NCBI RefSeq assembly: GCF_001194135.2
Contig: NC_068995.1
Span: 50,308,343 to 50,372,342 of the forward strand
DNA: 64,000 nt
From: Octopus bimaculoides
Lineage: Eukaryota
Direction of reading: 5' to 3'
How positions within the stretch are numbered: position 1 is the first letter of the stretch; each line of letters opens with the position of its first letter. The position numbers and the translations under genes are program-made. The notes under the pieces were generated by a model. The model ran no database searches and was not told the origin of the DNA. It was given only the letters and a program-made list of their open reading frames with translations. This document shows, one piece after another, positions 1 to 12,532 of this stretch.

Positions 1-489
1 CAAGTTGAACATATGTTTACACAAGTGTTTAAAATGTAAACATGTACAAATATACTGTATATAACAGTATGTGGTGATGTAGACACATAGTGCATGTATA
101 TAAAGCAAGTACTTTTCTGTTTATATCTGTATGTACACTTTTTTCTTTGATATATAAACAAACATGAATTTTTACTTCAGTTCTAAAATGGCCCTCATTG
201 AATTCAATGTAACTATATTTCTAAACAGTTAAAGGAAATATGAAAGAAATAGGGACACCCCTGACCCACATGGTAGTTAACCGGACTGACCAGAGCCACC
301 TGACTTTCTTTGTCTTGCCACTCATATCGCATCTTTTCGTACCCACCTCCAACTGCTGCATCCAATCCTTCCTACCCAGAATGTCATCCCCCCCTGGAAC
401 TACCATGTTTTCCCTGCATTCGTCAATTAGCAGTTGTTCCAAAAAAAGACATCAACAGCACTGATCTTATTGGTCTTGGAGGTTTCTGC

Positions 490-830
490 AAATGCCAGAC
501 CAAACTATTAAAAAAAAAATTGTTATGGAATGGTTTCCATGGCTGGATACTCTACTTTGTGCTAACCACTTAAAAGAGTCTGCTGGGTGCTTTTTACATG
601 CCACTGGCATGGGAGTGCTTATGCAGCCCTGGCATGGGTGCGTTAATGCCGCACTGGCATGGGGTGCTTTTCAAGTGGCACCAACAACTGAAAGGACAAG
701 CCTGAAAGTATGGAAGACAGCGATTTTACTTAGCTTGGTGCATCTTATCAAGTACAGCAAATCGCCACATCCCCCAGTCCCTTGTCATTTCCTTAGTGGA
801 ACCCAGCATCTTAAGATTCTTTCTCACCAC
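490..830 (-). mobile_element. RTE 3' UTR fragment
   Basis: Reverse complement of the ggttggtgttaggaagggcatccagc and gcactggcatggg UTR units seen in the other copies. Confidence 0.55.
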
Positions 831-2317
831 TTTGATGGGGCTCCATATACAGTTTCTCTGTACCAATTCTCCTCACAAGGCACCAGCCAGTTTAAGGCTA
901 TAGTAGAAGACACTTGCAAAAGGTGGCATGCAGTAGGATTGAACCAGAAACCATGTGGTTACAAAGTTAACTTCTTAACCACACGACAATGCCTGCACCT
1001 GAAGAGATTTTATCCACATATTGGTTTGATCCAGAACAATTTTTCAATTTTTCTATTCTATCATGGATGGCAGAGGCTCAGAAAATTATGTCATTTGTAT
1101 ATGAACTCTTTGGGTACATGCTTTTAGCTGCTAGATGCTATCTCTGTTTAGAGAGCTTCAATGTTGTAAGTTGACATAAGAGACACAATAGCTAAATCTC
1201 TCTAAATTATAATGTTCTGTTGTTAAATAAGAAAGGACTTATTTATTGGATAACATGGTTTTAGATAACGTCTGAAAATAAAACAGGATCATTATAAGTT
1301 GATGATAAGATCTGTTCAGTCAGAGTTGACCTGGGGTTAAACAATGAGCCACAAAGCAGAAAGTGGTGCTTGTTGTCAGCTAGGTAGACTGAGATAAAGC
1401 AGTGTGATTTATTTATATTAGTTTTTAGAGGAGGTGCATTGGCTATGTATGACCTTTGATTGACCTCTCAGACTAGAGAGAGAGTTATGCAGTTGATGTT
1501 TAGTTTTTAATATCTATAGGGTAAAAAGAAGTAGGCAGGTAGGGAAAGAATCTAGATAGGATCTTTGCAGGAGAGGAAGAATTTGAACAAAGTGATTAGT
1601 AAGGGATCAGGGATGTTAAGACATCAGAAGAGTGTCGAAGGGAAGGGAGATGAGTGTGTGTGTGAGGCTGGGTATAACTCAAGATCTTTTGTATGTGTAG
1701 CAGAGCCAGACTAGCAGTAAGAGTCTATAAAATACTTATGTTGGCAGTTGTAGTGATTTAGTATGTGCAATAATTTCCACAATTCTATGTAACAATTTTG
1801 AGCAAAAGGAGAACAGAAAGAAAACAAACACAAAAAATATTAGGAAAAAGAAAAGAAAAAAAAAAAGAGAAGAATCGAAGAAATTCCAGTTATGCAAAAT
1901 ATCTAGAAAATGCCAGCTGGTGAGAAATTATCTTGTTTTGTTTGTTGGTAATAAAAACTTCTTTTAGGAATTTCATCGGCACTCAAACCTGTTGATGGTG
2001 GATTTCTTGATTGGGGAAGATGACTAATTAGATGTTGCTTCATTAGATATTTACCAAGATAAAATGGTTAAACAGTACAAAAGCTCCCCAGAAATATATG
2101 TTAATGTTAATGATTTTTTATAGAGGGGACAGAGCCAGAATTTTTTTTTTTAAAGGAGGAAGGGAGGAGAGGGGGGTACAGTGAATTATATGGCCCCTGG
2201 TATATGAACTGCTACTTTATTAGATCAACCAAGGAAGGATTAAAAGCAAAGTCAACTGCAGCAAGGTTTGAACTCAAGAATGTAAAGAACTAATTAAATG
2301 CCACAAAAAATTTTCTC

Positions 2318-2479
2318 GTGGCTGTGTGGTAAGTAGCTTGCTTACCAACCACATGGTTCCGGGTTCAGTCCCACTGTGTGGCATCTTGGGCAAGTGTCTT
2401 CTACTATAGCCTCGGGCTGACCAAAACCTTGTGAGTGGATTTGGTAAATGGAAACTGAAAGAAGCCTGTCGTATATATG

Positions 2480-2519
<40 letters not shown>

Positions 2520-2721
2520 TGTGTGTGTCTCTTTGTCCCCACAACATCGTTTGACAACCGATGGTGGTGTGTTTACGTCCCCGTAATCTAGCGGTTCGGC
2601 AAAAGAGACCGATAGAATAAGTACTAGGCTTACAAAGAATAAGTCCCGGGGTCGATTTGCTCGACTAAAAGCGGTGCTCCAGCATGGCCGCAGTCAAATG
2701 ACTGAAAGAAGTAAAAGAGTA
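2318..2721 (+). mobile_element. SINE family A, full length
   Basis: Near-identical to 41849-42251 throughout. Confidence 0.9.
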
Positions 2722-3588
2722 ATGCCAATCTACACTTTAACCCTTTGGAGACGGAGCTGCATTTGGAGTTTCATTGTCAAGAAGTCGGAGCCCTTTTCAC
2801 AAGCCCTAAAGAAGGTTAGCACTTCAAAAATTATAAAAAATAAAGTAACTATTTTACATACATCAAACTATATATAATCTTGTAGGAAATTGAATGAACT
2901 AATACAATCTTCTTTGTCAATAGACTTTTTGGCCAAGAGATTGGCCCCGTCAACTCCTAAGTGTTAATATTTATTTCATAATAATAGCTAGCAGAAGTGT
3001 TAACACACCGGGCAAAATGGAATCTTTTTCATTTTCTTTCAACAACTTTAAGATTTTCAATTCTCAATGAATTGTTTTCTAATTTTCTACACAGATGTAG
3101 TTTTGCTTGATGATGGCAACAAATTTTGCATTTATTTTTTTTGAAAAGTTAATAATTAACAAGATAGAAGCATCTGAAGTTATATATTTTTAACCAATGA
3201 AATGAGTCCATGTCCTCACATACGGAAGTTGAAACTGTTTGCTGCCACAGTTGTCATGGCAACAAACAAACTATCATTAAAAATGCAGCCAAAGGGAACT
3301 GTGAAAATTGAACAGTTTTTTTTTTGTTTTTTTATTAAAAACAGAATTAATGAAAGCAAATAAACAAAAAAAAAATGAAAGCAAATAAAAAAAAAACAAA
3401 TTTAAAGAAAGAAAACAAAAGAAACAAAAACGAAGTTTATTTAAAAAAAAAAAGAATTTAATTGAAAGAAAATGATGAAACATTTTTGACCTGCTGCTAG
3501 AAATAGCAGCAGAAATGGAATGTAAACACATGGACAGTCAATGAAAGAAAACTGATGAAGTAAAGCAATGTGATGGAAAGATTTGAAA

Positions 3589-3810
3589 TTAACGAAATTG
3601 AGATATGCACTGCAGTGACTTCTGAAACCAGTCTTGTTTTTCATACCTGCAGCGCCACATAAACTCACAGAGATACGAGACCATTGTAGAATGATCAAGT
3701 GCCATCATACCGCTTTGCAAGTTTACAAACTCAAAGCTGTGTTTCACCATTCCCACAGGTTCCCTCCACATTTAGAGATAGACATTTCCTTAGGCACCTG
3801 TCCTCATCCA
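3589..3810 (-). mobile_element. Merlin (IS1016/ISXO2-like) DDE transposase C-terminal remnant
   Basis: One frame reads TGA*GNVYL*MWREPVGMVKH...SYLCEFMWRCRYEKQDWFQKSLQCISQFR*. This matches the recalled Merlin pattern TGAHT(N/Q)xIExxW...SYLxEFMWRRRY...F. In-frame stops indicate a fossil. Confidence 0.65.
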
Positions 3811-4214
3811 TACACATCACATGACTTCTGTCTGTCTGTCTGTCTCTCTCTCTCACACATACACATACATGTATGTACATACACACACGTGATGAGCTTC
3901 CACACAATTTCCAGATTTACTCACAAGGCATTGGTCAGCCAAGGGGCTATAGTAGAAGACACTTGTACAAGGTACCACAAGTTTCTTAATCACACAGCCA
4001 TGCCAGTGTCTGCACCTGCTTACATTTTCACAAGTAGTCTCCAGCTACTATTGGGAAGCAGACACAAGTAGATTTCAATGAATTAAATAACAATGAAACC
4101 AATTCACTCTTCATCCCAAGAAGCAAAAAGGAACAAAAATACTTTCAGGGACCTAATTTCATAACAAGGCACAAAAAACATACACTGGTATGACACTACC
4201 TATTTATTTATTCA

Positions 4215-4620
4215 TAATGACTCTGCCAGTGCTGGTTCCTTGTATAAAAAGCATCCAGTCCACTCTGAGATGGTTGGTGTTAGGAAGGGCATCCAGCTGT
4301 AAAAACCATACCAAAACTGGCCTCACCTGTGCTGGTGCCACATAAAAAGTATTCAGTCATCTCTGTGAGGTGGTTGGTGTTAGGAAGGGCATCCAGCAGT
4401 AAAAGCCATGCTAAAACTGGCCTCACCTGTGCCAGTGCCACGTAAAAAGTACTAAGTCCACTCTTTGAGGTGGTTGGTTGGTTGGTGTTAGGAAGGGCAT
4501 CCAGCAGTAAAAACCATACCAAAACAGACACAGAGGTCTGGTGCAGGCTCCTGCCTGGCCATCTCCTGTCAAACTGTCCAACCCATGCCAGCATGGAAAG
4601 TGGATGTTAAATGATGATGT
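4215..4620 (+). mobile_element. RTE 3' UTR/tail fragment with three tandem 100-bp units
   Basis: tggttggtgttaggaagggcatccagc recurs at 4271, 4371 and about 4471; ends in ccaacccatgccagcatggaaagtggatgttaaatgatgatg. Confidence 0.75.
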
Positions 4621-6083
4621 ATATCATTTTAAGACAAGGTAAGATTGAAACAAGAAAAGCTGAAGTTAAGCCATGGTAGCATGAACTATAGATGTTGCTG
4701 AGGTGGTAGGCTATAGCATAGTTAATGGCATAGCATGGCACGGCGCAACATTCTAATGCTTTTGGTACCCCCACCACCACCACCACCACCACTTNNNNNN
4801 NNNNNNNNNNNNNNNNNNNNNNNNNNNNNNNNNNNNNNNNNNNNNNNNNNNNNNNNNNNNNNNNNNNNNNNNNNNNNNNNNNNNNNNNNNNNNNNNNNNN
4901 NNNNNNNNNNNNNNNNNNNNNNNNNNNNNNNNNNNNNNNNNNNNNNNNNNNNNNNNNNNNNNNNNNNNNNNNNNNNNNNNNNNNNNNNNNNNNNNNNNNN
5001 NNNNNNNNNNNNNNNNNNNNNNNNNNNNNNNNNNNNNNNNNNNNNNNNNNNNNNNNNNNNNNNNNNNNNNNNNNNNNNNNNNNNNNNNNNNNNNNNNNNN
5101 NNNNNNNNNNNNNNNNNNNNNNNNNNNNNNNNNNNNNNNNNNNNNNNNNNNNNNNNNNNNNNNNNNNNNNNNNNNNNNNNNNNNNNNNNNNNNNNNNNNN
5201 NNNNNNNNNNNNNNNNNNNNNNNNNNNNNNNNNNNNNNNNNNNNNNNNNNNNNNNNNNNNNNNNNNNNNNNNNNNNNNNNNNNNNNNNNNNNNNNNNNNN
5301 NNNNNNNNNNNNNNNNNNNNNNNNNNNNNNNNNNNNNNNNNNNNNNNNNNNNNNNNNNNNNNNNNNNNNNNNNNNNNNNNNNNNNNNNNNNNNNNNNNNN
5401 NNNNNNNNNNNNNNNNNNNNNNNNNNNNNNNNNNNNNNNNNNNNNNNNNNNNNNNNNNNNNNNNNNNNNNNNNNNNNNNNNNNNNNNNNNNNNNNNNNNN
5501 NNNNNNNNNNNNNNNNNNNNNNNNNNNNNNNNNNNNNNNNNNNNNNNNNNNNNNNNNNNNNNNNNNNNNNNNNNNNNNNNNNNNNNNNNNNNNNNNNNNN
5601 NNNNNNNNNNNNNNNTCTATTTAAGAAGAGAAAGGGACCGGGAGGTAAGTGAAGAGGAAATATGAGGATGGGAGTGGGTGGGGGTGGGTAGGTGGAGATA
5701 AGAAATGTTGATAGAATGGCTGGATGTAGTAAGCCAGCCTGAGAAAACTTAATGGTCTGATGTGATGATACTGAAGTGGAGGGGGTGAGAACGCAGTGTG
5801 TGTGTGTGTGTGTGTGTGTGTTGGGTGGGGGCGTTGGCAAAACAGCCAGCAAAAGTTTACACAAATGGGAAGAGGCTGGAAGATGAGATTGATTAGTCAT
5901 CTTGATTGAGGTAAACTTTAATCTCACCTTATTCCCTTCTCCCTGCTATCTCATTTCCAATAATAAGCAATAACAAAATTATCTAATAAAATAAACAAAC
6001 TGCATACCAACCCCATTCTCTCTCTTTCTCTCTCACATGTACACACACACACACACACATGTGCGCACGCACGCATGTGTACA

Positions 6084-6114
<31 letters not shown>

Positions 6115-7282
6115 TTACATGTAGATATAAAATATATGTACGTGTGTATATATGACTCAACATGCTTGCAAGAGTGTATTGAACTATAAAAGCAAAGCTT
6201 ATTCACAGACCACAACGTTTTCTACCCCCCCCCCAACATCCCAATTCTTCCCCCAAACTCAGGCATTTGTCCACTGCAGGTGAATGTGATAAGTTACCAT
6301 GTGGTACCTTGTTCTTTGGAGATATTTGATTTGCTGAAACTGTAACAAAGTTGATGACTAACAACCTATTTATTTGAATTAAAATGAGACGCCATTGGCT
6401 GTGAGTTTAGAAAGCTTGGCTACTGACAACATGGTCATGGTTTCAAATTCTACTACTGCTAAGTTATTGTGTTGTGTCCCTCAGCAAAGAAACTAACTCT
6501 GGAGATACTGCTTATAAACCTACTAACATGGGTTTGAGCAAACAGGACTAACCAATTTGCATATGTAATGCATCCTTGGCAGTTAGCTTGATTAATAAAT
6601 TACTGCAAATAGTTAAAGAGAGTACTCAGTTGCTTGACTGGTTGATTTCTGTAACTTTTCTGTCCATGAAGATAGTGTATATAAAAACAAAGTGTTTGCA
6701 TCCACCTATTACATTCAGTGCTAGCTAAAATCTATAGCTATATTCAAAACAACAAACAACATTGAAACTAAACAATAAGAAAACAACTGAGAAACAATGA
6801 CAGTATACAGAAGGAATTGCAGCATTCATACAGATAATGTTTAGTTCCGAATCAATACTGACTAAACAGACTTGTAATCAAAGGTGTGACCATCCCAACT
6901 AGAACTACATTATTCAATACGTCCTTCCTTTTCCAATATGGAAGACTTGATTTTGGGGGCAGACTTAACTTGTATTTCTAGTTTGTTGAATAGCCAGAAA
7001 GCCTTGTCTTTGGCACATTTAATATCAAAAGGAGATGTGTGCAGGGTGAAAAGATCATTGTGAGTTGGTGGAAGATGTTTCAAACTATGGCTCTCGCATT
7101 TGTTTTTCAGGTGCAATAAAAATGATAGTGTGTGATTTAAAGGTGATTAGAGTGCTATTTCCAGCAGACCAAACATCCACATAGAAATTTCCATGCTGCT
7201 GGTATTGGAAGGTATCTTCGATGGAGTAAACCAAATGTAATTTTATAAGAACTGAAAAGGTCAAAACTGTTTTGAAACTGTG

Positions 7283-7425
7283 TTTGTCCTCCCACCATCG
7301 CTTGACAACCAATGTTAGTGTGTCTATGTTTCCGTAATTAGGCTTACAAAGAATAAGTCCCGGGGTCGATTTGTTTGACTAAAGGCGGTGCTCCAGCATG
7401 GCCACAGTCAAATGACAGAAACAAA
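7283..7425 (+). mobile_element. SINE family A tail module with internal deletion
   Basis: ttgtcctcccaccatcgcttgacaacc...ggcggtgctccagcatggccacagtc. Another solitary tail lies at about 25920-26080 (minus). Confidence 0.8.
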
Positions 7426-7626
7426 TAAAAGAATTAATTTAGTTAAGTATTTTAGAAAACCTCGCTGAGCCCTTAACGCTGTACCACTGCAATAAGCATT
7501 CTAGCTTTAATGGTTTAGACTACTGGAACGATACTTTAGTTGCATTGGAGATGATTAAATAAAAGGTGTTTTAATACATGATGTGGATTTCAAATTCCTA
7601 CAGTCTGAGTAAGTATTACAACAGGT

Positions 7627-7688
<62 letters not shown>

Positions 7689-7739
7689 CTACATGTAGTG
7701 TAAACCTAAAACCAGTGTGTTAGTATATTATACTATTAG

Positions 7740-8225
7740 CAGAAAGAATGTAATGTGGTAATGATAATGATATCATGATGATAGTGATAATCGTAGTGAT
7801 GGTAGGGAAGGTGATGGATGGACGTGATAAAGGAGTGATGGTAGGAGCTAAGAAGATGATGGTGGTTGCTGTAAGGTGTTAGCGATGACGATATGATGAT
7901 GAGGGTGGTAGTGGTAGTGGAGAAGGTGATGATGGTTGTAGTGGTGGCACTGGTGTTGGCGAGATGACTGTAGTGAAAATGGTAATGATGGGGACGATGA
8001 TGACAATTGGTAGTGTTGGTACTGGTGCTGATATGATGGTAGAGATAAATGGTAGGGATGATGAGGAAGGCGATGACAGTTGTAGTAGTGGTGGTGGTGG
8101 TGGTGGTGTGACAATGATGATGATGATGGTGATGATGATAAAAGCGAAGGTAGTAATAACTGCAGTGATGATGGTTGTAGTGGTGATGCTTGTTATAACC
8201 CATCCCTTCCATGACCACCACCAAA
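7740..8225. repeat. Degenerate (GAT/GGT/GTA)n trinucleotide low-complexity tract
   Basis: Explains the poly-H/T/M ORFs in the track. Similar tracts lie at 61500-61620 and 63540-63990. Confidence 0.9.
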
Positions 8226-8279
8226 AATAAAGGTATACACACACACACACACACAAAAAAAAAAAAAACGGAAGCTCAC

Positions 8280-8430
8280 CTTCAATTGCATCCAAGTTCT
8301 GCTTTGATTGATATGGTTCGCTGTAAGGGTCCACGTCTTCTAAAGGAGGAGCACTGGGTAGTTGACGCTCTTTTACACTTGACCCTTTGCGACGGAAATC
8401 TATTGGTTCTGAGTAGTCTCCAAGAGAAAC
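8280..8430 (-). CDS. Internal coding exon (151 nt, phase 0 to phase 1) of a probable tyrosine-phosphorylated adaptor, SHB/SHD/SHE/SHF-like N-terminal YxxP region
   Basis: Minus strand: pyrimidine tract ttttttcatttctttcttctccgtccAG, then GTTTCTCTTGGAGAC...GCAATTGAAG, then donor GTGAGC. Only one frame is open: VSLGDYSEPIDFRRKGSSVKERQLPSAPPLEDVDPYSEPYQSKQNLDAIE(G). DYSEP and YSEPY resemble the DY[SA]DPFD...YMEPYE pair recalled for the SHB family. The exon is well supported; the family assignment is inference because no SH2 exon was found. Confidence 0.8.
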
Positions 8431-8744
8431 CTGGACGGAGAAGAAAGAAATGAAAAAAGATGAGAACGATGATAATCAAACGAGTTGTTTCAAACTTCAA
8501 ATATCAAGACACCATTAAAAGTGACAGGGAAGGGAACAGGTGACCCTTCAACACCTGAGTGATAATACAAGGTAAACATAAAAAGAAAACATAAAAGGAA
8601 AACAAAAAATAAAATAGCAGAAGTGATCAAACATTAAATAAACCACAGCTTATTTCATGTTTGACTGTATTGCTATCAATTCGACTACTGACCCCTATGA
8701 TCTGAACACTCAGTCTAACCAGAAACACAGTCCAACCATAATTC

Positions 8745-9326
8745 AAACCCTTACCTTTTTAGCATTCAGATTGTTCTGTCGAATGTAATGTTTATTTATT
8801 CAGTTTTGAATTAATCCTGTATTGTCTTGTAGCTTTGAGATTTCAATGATGTAATTGATTATTTTTAGAATGACATTGTAGGGTAGGTGCGAGGAGTTGG
8901 ATATGACTGGTTCAGTAAGGCAGCGAGCTGGCAGAAACATTAGCATGCGGGCAAAATGCTTAGTGGTATTTTGTCTGTCTTTACATTCTGAGTTCAAATT
9001 CCGCCAAGGTCGACTTTACCTTTAATCCTTTCGGGGTTGAAAAATTAAGTACCAGTTGAGAACTGGGGGTCGAGCTAATTGAATGGCCTCCTCCTCCAAA
9101 ATTTTGGGCCTTGTACCTATTACTCTGTCACATTCAATGCTTCATTATTCACATTGTTTGAATTAATCAAGTATTGTCTTGTAGCTTTGAGATTTAAATA
9201 GTGTGATTACTTATTTTTAGAATGACATTGTAGGGTAGGTGTGAACAGTTGGATCTGGCCAGCTTGAACATAAATCAAGTAGAATATTAGGGCTGAATAT
9301 AGCTGGTTTAAATACTAAAAGGTTAA
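8745..9326 (+). mobile_element. Two overlapping partial copies of the TTAA MITE separated by a SINE
   Basis: 8745-8905 carries the left end. 9121-9326 repeats about 130 bp of the same interior and ends aaatactaaaaggttaa. Confidence 0.6.
8915..9120 (+). mobile_element. SINE family C
   Basis: ggcagcgagctggcagaaacattagc...gagttcaaattccgccaaggtcgactttacc...gggccttgtacc. Confidence 0.85.
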
Positions 9327-9337
9327 TATGGCTTATT

Positions 9338-9373
<36 letters not shown>

Positions 9374-10668
9374 ATCACTTAATCAGGGGTAGAAGGACAG
9401 TGCCCATAAACTTTTACAGGATTTCTGAGAGCAGTAGGGACAGGAGACCAGGCCTGAATACTTGCAGGTGGTTGTGTGAAAATGGGTTATAGATTGAACC
9501 CAGCAGCCAAGAACATGATAGGGAGCATCTGAAGAGTTTCTGTGCAGTTCCTGCTTACACTATCTTTCATCATAGATTTACAGCTGCTGCTGCTGCTGCT
9601 GCTACTACTGCTACTACTACAGTTCAATCAGAACACTAATTCTGTGATACCCATAAGAAGTTCAAACTGTTGTTACTTTCTGTTGAATGACCAGATTTGC
9701 AGTGCAAAGTCAGGTGATGTCTGTTGATACTTTAGTTAGAACATATGGCAGTATATTTTCAGGTTTGACACTATAACTTCCCAGTCTGTCTCCCCACTGT
9801 TTAAAAAAAAAAAGAAAAAAAAAACCATTAAAAAAATCACAGACACACTCCACATCAGATATTAGCATAAAGGAAAACATATATATATATGATCAGCTGG
9901 TGCAGAAACCCAATTAGGCATCGACAATTAGTGCTTAAAGAACCACGTGTTTATGTAACCTTAAAGTCTTGGATTTTCAAAGAGGGAAGTGCAACAGATG
10001 ATGGATTCCTAAAATTAGCAAAATGATTAAAAAATAAAACAAAAATAAAACAAGACCAAGAAGATTTCCAATGCATAGCATATGATTCTATCAATATATT
10101 GCCAAGCCAATGAAGAAATTGTCTATGAGATCAGTTACCCTCCCAGTTAGAAATAGCAGCCAAATTTCCCTTAAGTCACAACTTTAACCCTTTAGCATCT
10201 AAATCAGTCATATGAGGATCAAATATTAGAAAACTTATATTTTAAATGTATTTTCAAAAAAACATTTTGTCAGGATTTGAATGTAATGTGGGGGACATTG
10301 TGCAGGGAAATGACCAATGTTGCATCGAGGCCCGATAAAATCTTATAATATAGTCCTTGTTTTTTTTAGCAATTTCTATAAAAATTTAATATTGCGGGGT
10401 GGAGGGGCATTGTCCATATCAATACTTAAACAGAGGAATAAGCTGGATAGCAGAATGTAAAGAACTAAGGATAATTAACCACTCTGAAAAATTAACTGCT
10501 ATCTAATTAAAATAATGTTTGCTTTTTTTTTTTTCTATTCTTCTATTTTGCTTTTTTCTTTAGAAAAGGGGGCATTTGTAAAACACTATTTGGTTAAAGG
10601 GGACACAGAATTACAAAATATTTAAGAACCAGTGCTTAATCACATGGCCATAACAGCACCCACAAATA

Positions 10669-10726
<58 letters not shown>

Positions 10727-11880
10727 AGACTGCATACACCTGAAACAATAAGGAATATTGGTAATCTACTCTAATGAAACATCTCCTGAGAGAAAATCTA
10801 ATTGATTTGATATTTCATAGCAGCTGACCGGCAGATGTGAGTGTCATGTCCTATTGTTGTAAACAGAGACCATATTCTACAAACTGATGTGGAACCTTCA
10901 GATTTTGAATGTTGCCAACAGCTTCTTACAGAGTTTATTCTCCACTGATGCACTGGTGTTATTATATAACAAAAGCAAACATATACAAACCACAATAATC
11001 TGGAAATGCTATGAGCTAAGAGAGAATTAAAAAAATTGTAGTCTGGTATGTGAAACGTCTAATGTAGTTTGAGCCAAGCCTTGTGGATTAAATTTGGTAG
11101 AGAGAAGCTGTGAAAATGTTTGTTGCATGTATGTGTATATTTATGTGAGTGTGTGTTTGTGTGTGAGAGAGAGAGAGAGACAGAGAGAGAAAGTATACGT
11201 GTGTGAGTGCATGTGTGTGTGAGTGAGTGGGTGTGAGAGAGCATGTAAGTGTTTGCGCTTGAGAGAATGTGTATGTGTGCGAGATTGTGTATGTGCGTAT
11301 GTTGTATGTATGTGTGTGGGGGGGGGGTGCAGGTGTATGTATGAATCTCATGAAGTGATTTCTCAAAGTAAACACTACAAATTCTGAGGTCCATAAGTCC
11401 CTAAAATAACTACCAGACTATGTACTAGGGCCAATATACTTTCATGTAAAAAAACCTTGTAAGAGCTACCTCAGCAGTTTACAGGTTGAAGCCAGACAAA
11501 GAATACGTAAAAAGATATATAGATAAATGTCAGAAAATGGAATGAATGACATTCGTTATTTAAAATCACTACAATTGTTTCAACATATTTTCACACCTTT
11601 AATTCATTGGTGAAGTGTTGTGTAATCATTATCATACATCCAAGGTGTAAAATGTACTTCCTTAGGTAATTGTTTGAATAAGTTCTTTGTTAGATCCTCT
11701 TGTCATTTCACTCAGTGTGATAATGCATACTCAGTGTCTGTCACATCACTGCATGAGGACATCAGATAGCCATCATCTGTGGATGAGCTTTGCATGGTAT
11801 TCTACAAGATTTTTACCTAAACCTTTTTTAACTAGAAAGATACACACACACAGATATATATCTATATATATACACACACA

Positions 11881-11943
<63 letters not shown>

Positions 11944-12087
11944 NNNNNNNNNNNNNNNNNNNNNNNNNNNNNNNNNNNNNNNNNNNNNNNNNNNNNNNNN
12001 NNNNNNNNNNNNNNNNNNNNNNNNNNNNNNNNNNNNNNNNNNNNNNNNNNNNNNNNNNNNNNNNNNNNNNNNNNNNNNNNNNNNNNN

Positions 12088-12134
<47 letters not shown>

Positions 12135-12453
12135 CATACATATACATGTGTGCATGCATACACACACACACACACACACACCTTATCGCATCACTTGAAT
12201 AATTGTTAAATTTGATATTCAAGCATGCTAAAAATCTTGATTGGTAAATGGTAGTTAGCCAATTCCTCTATGACAGACACTGTTGAGCTTCTGTGAGAAA
12301 TCTTTTGGTAACATATGATAAACAGTATCCAGTTGTCTGCCAAGTTATCAAGATTACTCTACATTTGTATATCTTAGTGAACCAACTCGCTGATGCATAA
12401 TAGAATAAACCAATGTAAATCTTCTTCAGTAGGTAAGAAAAACAATTTAACCA

Positions 12454-12532
<79 letters not shown>

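Noticed and set aside
4722-5927. Long ORFs (305-401 aa) in the track, also at 22198-23134, 31333-32119 and 54516-55576
   Set aside because: They run through N-gaps; the X residues are not sequence. Only 23091-23440 (RTE) has real coding content.
5928-5982. Minus-strand 55-nt segment with good acceptor and AAG|GTGAGA donor
   Set aside because: All three frames hit stops. At most a poison or pseudo-exon, with no supporting evidence.
6298-6339. Possible 42-nt phase-1 exon downstream of the main exon (VSANQISPKNKVPH)
   Set aside because: Phase-compatible, but short, without recognisable motifs, and such AG/GT pairs are common by chance.
7085-7250. Phase-compatible minus-strand ORF VLIKLHLVYSIEDTFQ...
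   Set aside because: No resemblance to adaptor sequence and the acceptor abuts a SINE. More likely an old LINE scrap, too decayed to call.
10679-10723. 45-nt poly(A) as a retrocopy tail
   Set aside because: No upstream ORF, polyadenylation signal or TSD identified.
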